From Octopus sinensis (taxonomy: Eukaryota), in assembly GCF_006345805.1 (NCBI RefSeq), contig NC_043012.1, positions 49,104,001-49,168,000 of the forward strand: a stretch of 64,000 nucleotides of DNA, given 5' to 3'. Positions 1 to 12,665 of this stretch are shown piece after piece (position 1 is the first letter of the stretch; every line of letters begins with the position of its first letter). A program made the translations under genes and the position numbers. The notes under the pieces are model-generated. The model searched no databases. It was given only the letters and a program-made list of their open reading frames with translations, and was not told where the DNA came from.

Positions 1-1819
1 GTATGAGTGTATGAGTGTGTGTGCATGCATGGATGTATATACACCTAGCTTCTTGAGAAACTTGGCATAAGACCAGCCACTAGGTTTGAACTCACGAGCC
101 ATATGTAAAAACTTGTTTGTTATTCACTGAGCCGATTTCACCTCTAGGTAAATTGAATCCAATGGAATGAAAGATTGTGTTCAAAGACAGTGCCGATATC
201 CTGCAGAGGGATAAAAACTGACGCCACTCTAAACCGATAATCCGATATCTTATCCTGTAGGTCATCTCGCCATAGGTGATATCAGTTAATATTGACCAGC
301 AACATATCTAGTGGACGAGAAAGACAAAAGCCGAAACCCAGCTGATGGTCCACAGTCGACGATATATATACTTAGCTTTTTGTTCTTTCCTGTTGTTTAT
401 TATTTTGTTTTTGTGGGTGTTGTTGTTGTTTTTGTTATTGTGGTGAGTTTGTCTTAAAAGTTATTTTATCTCTTTCAAATATGTGAAGAGCAGCATCCTG
501 ATGGAAACGATAAGACGATGATGAGAGCTTTCGACTGGCAAAGACCAAAGGTTGAGGTCAGCAGTCAAGCCGAACAGTGTCAGTATCACCTACCCCAAAA
601 TACCACTCCCATCATCACCACTATCGCGTTCTCCACCGTCACTGCCATCGCCGACCGCCTCCGCCGGCGCCGCTACCGCCACCGCCACCACCACCACCAC
701 CACCACGATATCTACGTGTCTGTATTTGATGTCATCTCCTGATCCTTTTGCTAAAGCATTGACCGGCAAACTCCTCTCCAAGAAACGTGACTCCTCTCTC
801 TCCCTTTCTTTCTCTCTCTCTCTCTCTCTCCCTCCCTGTCACTCTTCCCATCATGTACTTATCTCAATTTCCTCCTTCTACTTCGAGTTCCTCCTCCGCT
901 TCCGCCTCCTCCACTACCTGTCACCCCTTCCTCTTCGTTTCCTTCCCTCTCCACAATACACTGTGTGCTGACCTTGTGATCCCCACATAGGGCCATACAG
1001 TGGCTACTGTGCTTTCACCCTCACTCACTTTCTCGCCCTTCCTCTGTTTGCAATAACAGTCAGCTAGCTACTAGCTGCTGATCTTTAGGCCCCTATAGTT
1101 TCTCCCTGGGGACAGAAGTGTATTGAAGAAGAAATAAAATTAAAGAGAAACGAAGAACAGGAAATAAATAGAACAGTCGAGGGAAATCTTGCAATAACAA
1201 AATGGTAGCAAGTGGAATCATGGTCAGTGCTTTTAACTGATGCGTCAATGAGGAGACGCGAGTTCGAGTCCCGCTGGGCTCCAAAATATCAACTTTATGT
1301 ATATGCTTTTCTTTTGCGCTTTATTCGGCATTGGCAAGTTTAAAATATATGAAACTGAACGGCTAAGGATAGTAATATATATAAAGAAAATAATGTTTTT
1401 ATTTCTGTCTCTTCTTTATACTCAAATGGGATTGACAGATGGTGTGAGAGGGTTTGACAGAAAGAAACACACTCACATAAACACAAACATTATATATGAG
1501 TGTGTGTGTGTGGAAAGAGAGAGAGAGGGAGAGAGAGAGACAGGAGAAGTGGATAATAAATGGAAAATGAGTAAAAGATAACGTGGTGTCTCCAAATGAA
1601 AATATGAATAAAAGCAACGAGACTGAAAAGAAATCCGGTTCAAATTTCGCCGAAGTCGACCTTGCCTTTCATCCTTTCGGGGTCGATTATATAAATACCA
1701 GTTACCCACTGGGGTCAATGTAATCGATTTAATCCCCTCCCACAAACTGTCTTTGTAAAATTTTGAAATCATCATCATCATCATTATTATTAATATTATT
1801 ATTATTATTATTATTATTA

Positions 1820-1862
<43 letters not shown>

Positions 1863-2104
1863 TATTATTATTAACGTGGTGCGCTTGTAGAATTGTTTGA
1901 CTTTGGACAATACGCTTACCGTACTTCGCCCGTCTTTTCATTCAGGTTCTGCCGAAGTCGGCTTTGTGTTTCGTCCTTTCGGGGTTGAATAAAATAAGTA
2001 CAGTTGGGCACTGGGTTCCATATAATCGACTGACCCTCTGTCCCAATATTTCAGGTCTTGTGTCTTTAGTAGAAAAGATTATTATTGAATGTATATGCAT
2101 TTGT

Positions 2105-2187
<83 letters not shown>

Positions 2188-2189
<2 letters not shown>

Positions 2190-2333
2190 AGCTTGCTTAC
2201 CAACCACACGGTTCCGGGGCTCAGTTCCACTACGTGGCACCTTGGGCATGTGTCTTCTACTATAGCATCGGGACGACCAAAGCCTTGTAAGTTGATTTGG
2301 TAGACGGAAACAGAAAGAAGCCCGTCGTATATA

Positions 2334-2387
<54 letters not shown>

Positions 2388-2580
2388 TATGTTTGTCCTT
2401 CAGCATCGTTTGACAACCGATGCTGCTGTGTTTACGTCCCGTAACTTAGCAGTTCGGCAAACGAGACCGATAGAATAAGTACTAGGTGCTTACAAAGAAT
2501 AAATCCTCGGTCGATTTGCTCGACTAAAGGCGGTGCTCCAGCATGGCCGCAGTCAAATGTCTGGAACAAGTTAAAGAGAA
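2188..2580 (+). mobile_element. tRNA-derived SINE family B (CORE-like, internal (TG)n)
   Basis: GGCACCTTGGGCA.GTGTCTTCTACTATAGC core; GGCGGTGCTCCAGCATGGCCGCAGTCAAATG 3' part. Confidence 0.85.
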
Positions 2581-2610
2581 AGAGAGAGAGAGAGAGAGAG
2601 AGTAAAAGAG

Positions 2611-2695
<85 letters not shown>

Positions 2696-2764
2696 CTATC
2701 TATTTATTTATCTATCATCTCTATATTCATAATATATCTATACGCAATTATGTATATCTACATG

Positions 2765-3005
2765 TATATATGTGTGCGCCATGTTGAATCGTTAGCTCCT
2801 GCACTCATTTTTTTCTCTCCTTGTTTCTTTTCTGTGTATCTTTCTGTTGAAGAGCGTAGGCTCGAAACGTTAAAGACTTGTTTTATTTCTATTCTTGAGC
2901 GCCATACTAATACAATTGTTTGTTTGTACTCCACCTGCTTTCGTCTTTTGTTTATTTTCGTAAACCTGCCTTCGTCTTTTGTTTAAAATCGTAAGCCTTC
3001 CCGTT
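2765..3005 (+). mobile_element. Short hammerhead-bearing repeat (pseudo-LTR-like); diverged second copy at ~45685-45890
   Basis: Shared GAATCGTTA..CTCGAAACGT(T/C)AAAGACTT..CACCTG segments; TA-rich flanks. Confidence 0.55.
2839..2876 (+). ncRNA. Minimal type I hammerhead-like motif
   Basis: TCTTT-CTGTTGA-a-GAGC-GTAG-GCTC-GAAA-CGTT-AAAGA: perfect stems I and II, variant core. Confidence 0.6.
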
Positions 3006-3770
3006 ATATATGAATATATATTCGTGTCTGTAAGTATGTATAAATGTTAGTATGTATATCATTCACGAACCTTCCATGGTTTAATATCAGTGACGTAATA
3101 TAGTATGTTTGCAATTAATAACATTGGGGACCCAGCTACTCCACCAACAGCATTTTTATACTTCGTGGCACTTGGCCCACACTACACGTATTTCTTCTAT
3201 TAATCATTTGAGAACGAGAACAAAATGACAAATCATTTGAATTGTATTACTTCAAAGCCTGCAGACCGGCTTCGTGTGGTAGTTGTATTGTCGTGTCCTT
3301 TGACGTTTTAAGTTCGAAACCAGTCGATATCATGTGGGCATTTCATCCTCCTCGGGTCGATAACATAAGAAGTGTTGGAATAAAGGTCGACGAGATCAAA
3401 GTTCTCGTGACCTATTCCCTAGCGAACACACAAACACAGATATTATAAATATTGACTCCTACACCTACACAATCAAAGATACATGCACACATATACACTC
3501 ACACTCAAACACACATATTATAAATACCAGCTGCTAGATCATATTATTATATAAATACGGTCTAACATCTGTTATTTATAATATAAGGTCCCTGATGAGA
3601 ATTGAATAGCGCCTGTTGAAGCATAGGGCTTATCTTCAAATAAAAGTAAATATACTCTACGCTTGGAAAGATATTGATCATTTTTTTGAATTAGTGGTCT
3701 TCTTAATCCTTTAATTAAGATAATCTCGTGTGTGTGTCTGTATGTGTGCATGTATGTATATATATATATT

Positions 3771-3803
<33 letters not shown>

Positions 3804-4119
3804 GTATGTATATATATATATATATGTATGTATATGTATATGTGTGTGTGTATGTATGCATGTAAGTATATGTGTGTCTATATATATATATATATATAAA
3901 TATGTGTATCTGTGTGTTTGTGTGATGCATCTATATATTTATACATACATTCATACATACATACGCACATACGCATGAAACCTACACTCACACACGCGCA
4001 TGTACATACCGGATGTACAATCGACAACTTTGACTCATCTAATTTTAAAAATCCTGGTCTATTGGGATGTTCCCCTCCTTCCCAGTAAGCAAGTCCCATT
4101 CAAGTACTGGATGTAATAG

Positions 4120-4428
4120 GAGCCCTCTGTCGGTTGCGACGACGAGGGGCCCAGCTGATACGATCAACGGAACAGCTTGCTCGTGAAATTAACGTGTAAG
4201 TGGCTAAGCACTCCACAAAAACGTGTAACCTTAACGTAGTTCTCGGGGAGATTCAGCGTGCCACAGTGTGTGACAGGACTGGCCCTTTGGAATACAGGTA
4301 CTACTCATTTTTGCCAGCTGAGTGGACTGGAGCAACGGGAAATAAAGTGTCTTGCTCAAGGACACAGCACGCCGCCGGGAATTGAACTCACGACCTTACG
4401 ATCATGAGCCGAATGCCCCTAACCACTA
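4120..4428 (-). mobile_element. SINE family C-related
   Basis: Shares ACGACGAGGG..GATCAACGGAACAGC.TGCTCGTGAAATT; tRNA-like head at the right end. Confidence 0.75.
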
Positions 4429-4728
4429 ATGCAAGTGCTTTAATTGACTGTGTCCCCATTCTCTAAATGCGTAGCCTTGTTATAAGTGATTATTTTTTCA
4501 TAGTTATATCTCCCATCGACTGATGTTACCTTTTTAGCTGCGCACAAGAGACAGACATACCTTCCAGGTTAGTACACCTGTCTATCACCGATAACTTCAC
4601 CCATCGGAAGTACTGATCTGAATACTGAAAAGTCACTCATCTGGCTTTGCTGTGGACATCTTTACAATCTACGGGCATACAGAAACATACTGAGCCGTAA
4701 AGTGGGGGAAATGTGTTCAGGCTTTTAG

Positions 4729-5328
4729 GGCGGTGAGCTGGCAGAAACGTTATTACGTCGGGCGAAATGCTTAGCGGTATTTCGTTTGCCGCTACGTTCT
4801 GAGTTCAAATTCCGCCGAGGTTGACTTTGCCTTTCATCCTTTCGGGGTCAATTAAGTAACTACCAGTTACGCATTGGGGTCGATATAATCGATTTAATCC
4901 GTTTGTCTGTACTTGTTTGTCCCCTCTGTCTTTGGCCCCCTGTGGGTAGTAAAGAAATAGGTATTTCGTCTGCCATTACGTTCTGTGTTCAAATTCCGCC
5001 GAGGTCGACTTTACCTTTTAACCTTTCGGAGCCTGCTAGATAAGTACGAGTTACGCACTGTGGTCGATATAATCGACTTAATCCGTTTGTCTGTCCTTGT
5101 TTGTCCTCTCTGTGTTTATCCCCTTGTGGGTAGTAAAGAAATAGGTATTTCGTCTGCCGTTACGTTCTGAGTTCAAATTCCGCCGAGATTGACTTTACCT
5201 TTTAGCCTTTCGGGGTCGATAAATAAGTACCAGTTACGCACTGTGGTCGATGTAATCGACTTAATCCTTTTGTCTATCCTTGCTTGTCCTCACTATATTT
5301 GGCCCCTTGTAGGCAATAAAGAAATAAA
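4729..5328 (+). mobile_element. tRNA-derived SINE family A (Meta-domain-like core), internally triplicated
   Basis: GGCGGTGAGCTGGCAGAA A-box, GAGTTCAAATTCC B-box, GACTTTGCCTTTCATCCTTTCGGGGTC core; ~185-bp unit three times. Confidence 0.85.
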
Positions 5329-6502
5329 CATGTACAGGCTTTCAGGCTGCACCACATACAATTCCTCACCGAGTCTCAGATTAGTGAACAGATGATGTTA
5401 ATTAAGAGTATAGATGTTTGAGTGTGAATCCTGTCTACGTGACACAGGATGCTCGATCAACAACACCAAATGTGTTGTCAATTATTAGTACAATTTTGTA
5501 TATAAGAGCATACAGTAGGTACTTGCAACTTAAAACGAAATAGTCTGTTAGAAAGAGCTGAAGAATTTTCATTGAAAAGTTTGGTCTCACATGTTGACTC
5601 CAGTCCTTCTTTTTGAAAAGTTCGATGCTATCAGTTCCTTTTTGGTGAAGAATTTAGTAATGAAGGCGAAAATAAAGTAACACTGGTTGTGAAGCGGTGG
5701 TGGGGACCAAGCATAAGCGCAAAGGCACTCAAACACACACGCACGCACACACGCGCACGCGCACACACTCACATACACACACTACATTGCACATACACAC
5801 ACATGCTACTGAGACCCCCTTTGGTCACGACTGACCATGGAATTGCACCTAGAAAGTTACCCTCCCAGGCACAAGTTCGGACAAGGCTGTTTATGCAAGA
5901 CCAGCAGTCGCCCCAGCATACCAGCTTCCCCTCTCCACGCCACCAGTGCTATCCAAGGGAAAAGCAAAGGGGTCGATACAGCTTGGCATCAGTGACGTCG
6001 CAACTCATTTCTACAACTGAGGAAACTGGAGCAACGTGAAATAAAGTGTCTTGCTCAAGAACACAACACGCTGCCCGGTCCTGGAATCGAACTCACAACC
6101 TCACGATCGTACGCTCGACGCTCTAACCACCGAGCAATGTGCCTTCACACACACATACACACACACACACGCACACCTAATAGAAACGTAGGATTGACAA
6201 AGACTTCCTTCAGAAGTTTTATTTATTGATTTAATTATTTTGTCTTTTGTAGTCATAGAAAGAAAGAAACTACCTTAAAATTGATATCTAATTGATATAT
6301 TGGATAAATTGGTGTCAAAGAAATAACAACGGAATGTAAAGAAATGGTCATTAGTGACATACTTTTCTTCAGAGGTCAGCTGGATTAGGGTTGACCTTGG
6401 GCTAAACAATAACAGAACTCATTGCTAAGGCGATTCAACGACGAGACATATGGAGTCGCATGGATTGTACCTGCTGTGGATCTTAAGTCCTTTTCAACTA
6501 CT

Positions 6503-7203
6503 CTCTTTTACTCTTTTACTTGCTTCAGTCATTTGACTGTGGTCATGCTGGAGCACCGCTTTTAGTCGAGCAAATCGACCCCAGGACTTATTCCTTGTAA
6601 GCCTAGTACTTATTCTATCGGTCTCTTTTGCCGAAAAGCTAAGTTACGGGGACGTAAACACACCAACATCAGCTGTCAAGCGATGTTGGGGGACAAAGAC
6701 ACACAAACATATACGCACACATACAGATATACGATGGGCTTCTTTCAGTTTCCATCTGCCAAATCCACTCACAAGGCTTTGGTCGGCCTAAGGCTATAGT
6801 AGAAGACACTTGCCCAAGGTGCCACGCAGTGGGAATGAACCCGGAGCACCGCTTTTAGTCGAGCAAATCGACCCTAGGACTTATTCTTTGTAAGCCTAGT
6901 ACTTATTCTATCCATCTTTTTTTTATATCGAACCGTTAAGTTACGGGGACTTAAAAACACCATCATCTGTTGTCAAGCGATGTTGGGGGTACAAATACAG
7001 ACACACAAACGTATACACACACATGCATATATACATATATACGACGGGCTTCTTTCAGTTTCCGTCGGCCAAATCCACTCACAAGGCTTTGGTCGGCCCG
7101 CGGCAATATTCGAAGACACTTACCCAAGGTGCCACGCAGTGGGACTGAACCCGGAACCTTGTCATTCGTAAGCAAGCTACTTACCACACAGCCACCCCTG
7201 CGC
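6503..7203 (-). mobile_element. SINE family B, two consecutive copies
   Basis: Reverse copies joined near 6845. Confidence 0.85.
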
Positions 7204-7260
7204 CTACTAGAATTTCTAAAATAACCACCAGAACAATTTTGAATTTTCTACATTAATGTA

Positions 7261-7663
7261 GGATCTTTTCGGTTTGAACGGCAGTTTTTTCTAGCGGTGT
7301 CATATGAAATTGTCACCCATAAGTATGACCCTATCTGTTTTAGGTTCGGGTTAGTTAGAGTTAGGGGTGGGGGGAAGGGTATCTTTTTTTCTTCACAAAT
7401 GTAAATAAACCCAATCTGTTTCTTAAACGAGGGACATATTCATACGGCACAGGATGCTTTCACCTCAATAGACGGTCATTGATTGGTTGAAATTGCCGAA
7501 ATGCAAGAAATTAAAGACCAAATATCTTACAAACTATAGAATTTTCTCAATAAAGCAAAAGAAAAAGATGTTTTATAAACACATTCTACCAGTATACGAA
7601 GTTTAACATTTTTTAGTTACCTAGAAATTATATTAAAACCTGCCGTTCAAACCGAAAAGATCC
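7261..7663. mobile_element. MITE with ~24-bp TIRs and 8-bp TSD
   Basis: GGATCTTTTCGGTTTGAACGGCAG ... CTGCCGTTCAAACCGAAAAGATCC; TSD TTAATGTA on both sides. Confidence 0.92.
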
Positions 7664-8819
7664 TTAATGTAGATCTGCATGCTGATAAGAAGATCAAAAT
7701 TCTCAGCATGCATAACAATATTAAAGTCATATAAAAAAAAATAATGCGGTGAAAATTTGAAATACTTTAAGTGGATTGAAGAGATTTTACAAGATTGCCC
7801 TGTAAATTCAATGGGCTAGTGGTGTCACACAGAGTGTCACGTCGATTCTGTTTGATAAGAATTCCGTTAAGGAGGTCTTTGGAATACTCAGCCACTTACA
7901 GGTTAATTCGAAAAGCGAGTAATTCAGTCAATTGTATAACTGAATTCTCATTGTCGAGACCGACGGGGATACATACTATGTGAGGTGTGTGTATGTAGGT
8001 GTATGTGCGTGTATGTGTATGTGCTTTTGTGTATTTGTGGTCACGTATTAATTGATCGAAAGTGATTTGCTTGATAGGGAGTCACACAGACGGACAGACA
8101 TAGAGACAGGCAGTAAGTAGGGATTAGCACTCAGGAAGAAGGCGAAATTATTCGACCAACGGTGTGTGTGTAGGAAAGAAAAGTGAAAGACTGGGGAAAA
8201 TAGATAAAGATGGCGATTGGGGAGAAAATGCCAGAGGTGAGTTGGGTGAGTTTGTGAAATAGCAGCGCAGTGGTGGTGGTGTTGGTGTCGATGGTGTTGT
8301 TGGTGGTGGTGGTTGCGGCAGCGGCGATGGTGCTAGGTTTGGGTGGGGCAATGATGGCAGGAGGCTGATGACTGAGATGAAGGATGGTGATAAAGCAAGA
8401 TAACGTGAAGACGTATCTATTGGAGTATGAAGGTCAAACTGTTGAACAGATTCAATAGCTCCATCGTCTTCTTCATCCTCTTCATCGTTGCCTTCTTAAT
8501 TGGAAACCCCCGCTCCAACTTGTCTAATCTATCTATACATCTTCCTATCCCTTTCCTCACTCCTTGTATCGCTTCCCCCCCTCTCTCTATCGATCCATCT
8601 GTTATTCTTTTTATTAGTATCAGTCATTTCAGTGCGGATATGATGAGGATCTGGTTTGAAGGGTTTTAGTTATTTCTATCGACCCCAGTATCCTTTTGAT
8701 TCAGAAGGTACTTACTTTATCCAGCTTTATTTATCAAGTAGTGATGGGTGCATGGTGCCCTTTATTGCAAGTCCCTTCATTTTGCATTGCTTCAAGTTCA
8801 CTCGGTCAAAAAATAAAAC

Positions 8820-9222
8820 GAGTGGCTGTGTGGTAAGTAGCTTGCTAACCAACCACATGGTTTCGGGTTCAGTCCCATTGCGTGGCATCTTGGGCAAGTG
8901 TCTTCTGCTATAGCCCCGGGCCGACCAATGCCTTGTGAGTGGATTTGGTAGACGGAAACTGAAAGAAGCCTGTCGTATATATGTATATATATATATATAT
9001 GTGTGTGTGTTTGTGTGTCTGTCACCCTAGCATTGCTTGACAATCGATGCTGGTGTGTTTACGTCCCCGTCACTTAGCGGTTCGGCAAAAGATACCGATA
9101 GAATAAGTACTGGGCTTACAAAGAATAAGTCCCGTGGTCGATTTGCTCGACTAAAGGCGGTGCTCCAGCATGGCCGCAGTCAAATGACTGAAACAAGTAA
9201 AAGTGTAAAAAAAGAGTAAAGA
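8820..9222 (+). mobile_element. SINE family B
   Basis: Near full-length copy. Confidence 0.85.
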
Positions 9223-9481
9223 GTAAATAAATATGAAGAGCTTATTAACGATTACTTGGGAATCGAACATGCGATGTACTGGTGTCCTGTTTAGTGGACG
9301 GCTGTGTACGTTGCATCTTATAAACGCTAGGGCAACATAATGAGTAGGTAAGTTCGAGACGGGCTTCAACTATTTAAATCTATTTATTAAATAACTAGGT
9401 AACAATTCGAAGGGGCAAGTGTCTTCTACTTAGCCATGGTCCGGCCAAACCCTTGTGAGTGGATTTGGCAAACGTAACTAT

Positions 9482-9577
<96 letters not shown>

Positions 9578-9645
9578 GGTATCTGAGAGACACCACCATG
9601 CCGAAATAGCAGTCAAAACCCTGACTCTCTCTCTCTATATATATA

Positions 9646-10892
9646 CAGGGGCTGGACAAAATAATGGAAACACCTAGCATCATAGCATCATAATTTTGTA
9701 AATATCTATAAAACCGTCAAAAGCTTGTTTATTTTTATGTTTTTTGATTTATTATAAGTGTTGCTTAATCTGTTTTGCTAAAATTGTTGTTTCTTTTCAG
9801 ACATCATCAGAAAAAGGTAATTAAAATTCCTCAAAATGACAGATCTATCAGACTTTCAAAGAGGACAAATTGTTGGTGCTTGTACGGCTGGCGCTAGCGT
9901 AACGAAAACAGCCGAAATGTTTGGTTTATTAAGAATTACTGTATCTAAAATAATGACAGCCTTTCAGAAAGTGGGGAAACCCTCCTCGGCGAAACAAAAC
10001 TCTGGAAGAAAACCAAAACTTTCAGAAGGGACTGTCGGACTATTACGTGAATTCTTAGAAAGAATCACAAAAGTACAGCTCCTAAAATTACTGCAGAGCT
10101 TAACGACCACCTCGAGAGTCCAGTTTCCACAAAAACTGTTCGCCGGGAGCTGCACACAGCCGGATTTCACGAGAGGGCTGCAATCAGAAAGCCACTTGTT
10201 TCAAAAACAAACGTTGCAAAGCGTTTAGAGTGGAGTAAAAACCTACAGAATTGGTCCCTAGAGCTGTGGAAGAATGTTAGTTTCTTGGACGAGTCATCCT
10301 TTACTTTATTTCCGACCACCGGCGGAATATACGTGTGGAGACAGTAAAAAGAAGCATTTCCCCCAGACTGCCTTCTTCCAACTTTTAAACATGGAGGAGG
10401 ATCTGTGATGATCTAGGGAGCTATATCTTGGAAATCCGCCGGCCCAATGGTTTCCCTTCATGGCAGAAGTAATAGTCAAGACTATTTAAGCATTTTATCT
10501 GATCAAATTCATCCTATGGTTGCGGAACTGTTTCCGGAGGGAAATACAACCTTTCAGGCTGATAATGCACCAATTCACACAGCTAAATTTGTTACTGAAT
10601 GGCACGAGGAACATCATAATGACGTTGAACACCTTATCTGGCCAGCACAGTCCCCAGATCTCACTATTATTGAACATTTATGGTGCATTTTAGAAAAACA
10701 ATTAAAGAGTCGATATTTACCTCCATCATCATTACAAGAACTGGAGACTGTTATAGTTGAAGAATGGACAAAAACTCATTTGGAAACAATTCAAACTTTG
10801 TACGAGTTCATACCTCGTAGAAGTCAAGCTGTAATTACTGCCAAATGCAGACCTACCTCAAATTAGAATAAATTTGTTTTAAATTTTAAGGT
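9646..10892 (+). mobile_element. Tc1/mariner transposon with DD36E spacing (Incomer-like), decayed, right TIR lost
   Basis: TA followed by CAGGGGCTGGACAAAATAATGGAAACACC; transposase 9836-10866; 3' end abuts a Penelope fragment. Confidence 0.9.
9836..10866 (+). pseudogene. Tc1-type transposase pseudogene
   Basis: MTDLSDFQRGQIVGA HTH N-terminus, GRKPKLS, FLDESSF, FQADNAPIH, WPAQSPDLTIIEHLW; frameshift near 10030 and internal stops. Confidence 0.92.
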
Positions 10893-10984
10893 AATACATT
10901 TCTATATTTAAGAGATGATGAATTATGAACATTATTTACATTATTTACATTCGACGGATATTTGTCCCCATCATGTTTGTTGTT

Positions 10985-11030
10985 AAAACAACGTTTCGGC
11001 TGATATACGCTCCAGGCTTCTTCAGGTGTC
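10985..11030 (-). ncRNA. Minimal hammerhead in a Penelope pseudo-LTR
   Basis: Minus: GACAC-CUGAAGA-a-GCCUG...CAGCC-GAAA-CGUU-GUUUU. Lies downstream of a GIY-YIG fragment; the paralog at ~21658-21690 shows GGCUG/CAGCC pairing. Confidence 0.7.
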
Positions 11031-11303
11031 TTGAGGAAATTTCTCGTTCCTAAGGTATTTTTCGATGTTGTTATTATTATCATTATCATTATCATTATTA
11101 ATATTAATATTAATATTATTATTGTTGTTGTTGTGGTTAGTAACCCGCGGTCTTAACCACGACGCCATATGCCCGTGGGCAATTAAGGAATGAATTTTAG
11201 GGCTTATAAATATATTTTTTTTATCCTTCTTTAATACCGGTTCCCATATGCTGCTCATATCTGCACTCGGCCTGCTTAGGAGATTGTTGTGTCCTAGCAA
11301 TAT

Positions 11304-11536
11304 CTATTTCTTTACTACCCACAAGGGGCTAAACACAGAGGGGACAAACAACGACAGACAAATGGATTAAGTCGATTACATCGACCCCAGTGCGTAACTG
11401 GTACTTTTTTAATCGACCCCGAAAGGATGAAAGGCAAAGTCGACCTCGGCGGAATTTGAACTTAGAACGTAACGGCAGACGAAATACCGCTAAGCATTTC
11501 GCCCGGCGTGCTAACGATTCTGCCAGCTCGCCGCCT
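11304..11536 (-). mobile_element. SINE family A
   Basis: Full-length reverse copy. Confidence 0.85.
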
Positions 11537-11731
11537 TACGCCTCATGCCACAGCTTTGCGATGTTCGTCTACCCTTATTTTGAGGGGACGGCATGTTTCG
11601 TCTTTGTATAACCTACACAGCTGCATGGGATGGAGTACACGCAGTCTTTGGTCATATTCTCTCCTATTGGTGGTTTTATTCGAAGGAGATATTTGTGAAG
11701 TGTTGTATATATATATATACACACATACACA

Positions 11732-11818
<87 letters not shown>

Positions 11819-12254
11819 TGCATGCCTATACATGTGTGTAGTTATGTGCTTCTGTTTTAACGACGGTGTGTTTGTGCTGATATATTTGCTTGGTGCATAT
11901 CAATCTAGGTAAACCTTACAGATTGTGAATAATATATATGTATGTGTCTGTGTATGTGTGTGCGCGTATGAATGTTTTCGAGTAATTATTCTTTTTAGTA
12001 TACGTATGTTGTTTATCAATCTTGGTAAACCTTCCAAAGTGTGAATAATATATAATAATAGGATTGACATTTAGATGCACACTAATGGGCACAAATTATA
12101 TCTACAACTGGTATTAGTAGCGGTATTAGCGACAGCAGTTGTAATGATGGTAGTATTATTAAAAGCTGTGATAGTGGTGGTGGTGGTGCTAGAAGCTTGT
12201 GTCTTTGTTGTCGGGGAACAATTATATCAGTCCTGTCCAAGCAAACCTATAGCC

Positions 12255-12665
12255 TTTTACTCTTTTACACTTTTACGTGTTTCAGTCATTTGACTGTGGC
12301 CATACTGGAGCACCGCCTTTAGTCGAGCAAATCGACCCCAGGACTTATTCTTTGTAAGCCTAGTACTTATTCTATCCGTCTTTTTTATCGAACCGCTAAG
12401 TTACGGGGACGTAAACACACCATCATCGGTTGTCAAGCGATGTTGGGGGGACAAATACAGACACACAAACGTATACACACACATACATATATACATATAT
12501 ACGATGGGTTTCTTTCAGTTTTCGTCTGCCAGATCCACTCACAAGGCTTTGGTCGGCCCGCGGCAATAGTAGAAGACACTTGCCCAAGGTGCCATGCAGT
12601 GGGACTGAACCCGGAACCTTGTCGTTCGTAAGCAAGCTACTTAACACACTGCCACTCCTACGCCT
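12255..12665 (-). mobile_element. SINE family B
   Basis: Full-length; very similar to 6850-7203. Confidence 0.85.

Larger units (their letters stand above)
10893..11700 (-). mobile_element. Penelope-like fragment of the same family, interrupted by a SINE
   Basis: Similar to 21605-22200; LYKDETCRPLKIRVDEHRKAV in ORF 11543-11833. Confidence 0.85.

Noticed and set aside
518-990. His/Thr/Ser-rich overlapping ORFs
   Set aside because: Produced by (CAC)n and (CT)n low-complexity sequence.
1204-1283. tRNA-like sequence with GTTCGAGTCC T-loop ending in CCA
   Set aside because: Acceptor and anticodon stems do not pair convincingly; at most a decayed tRNA or SINE head.
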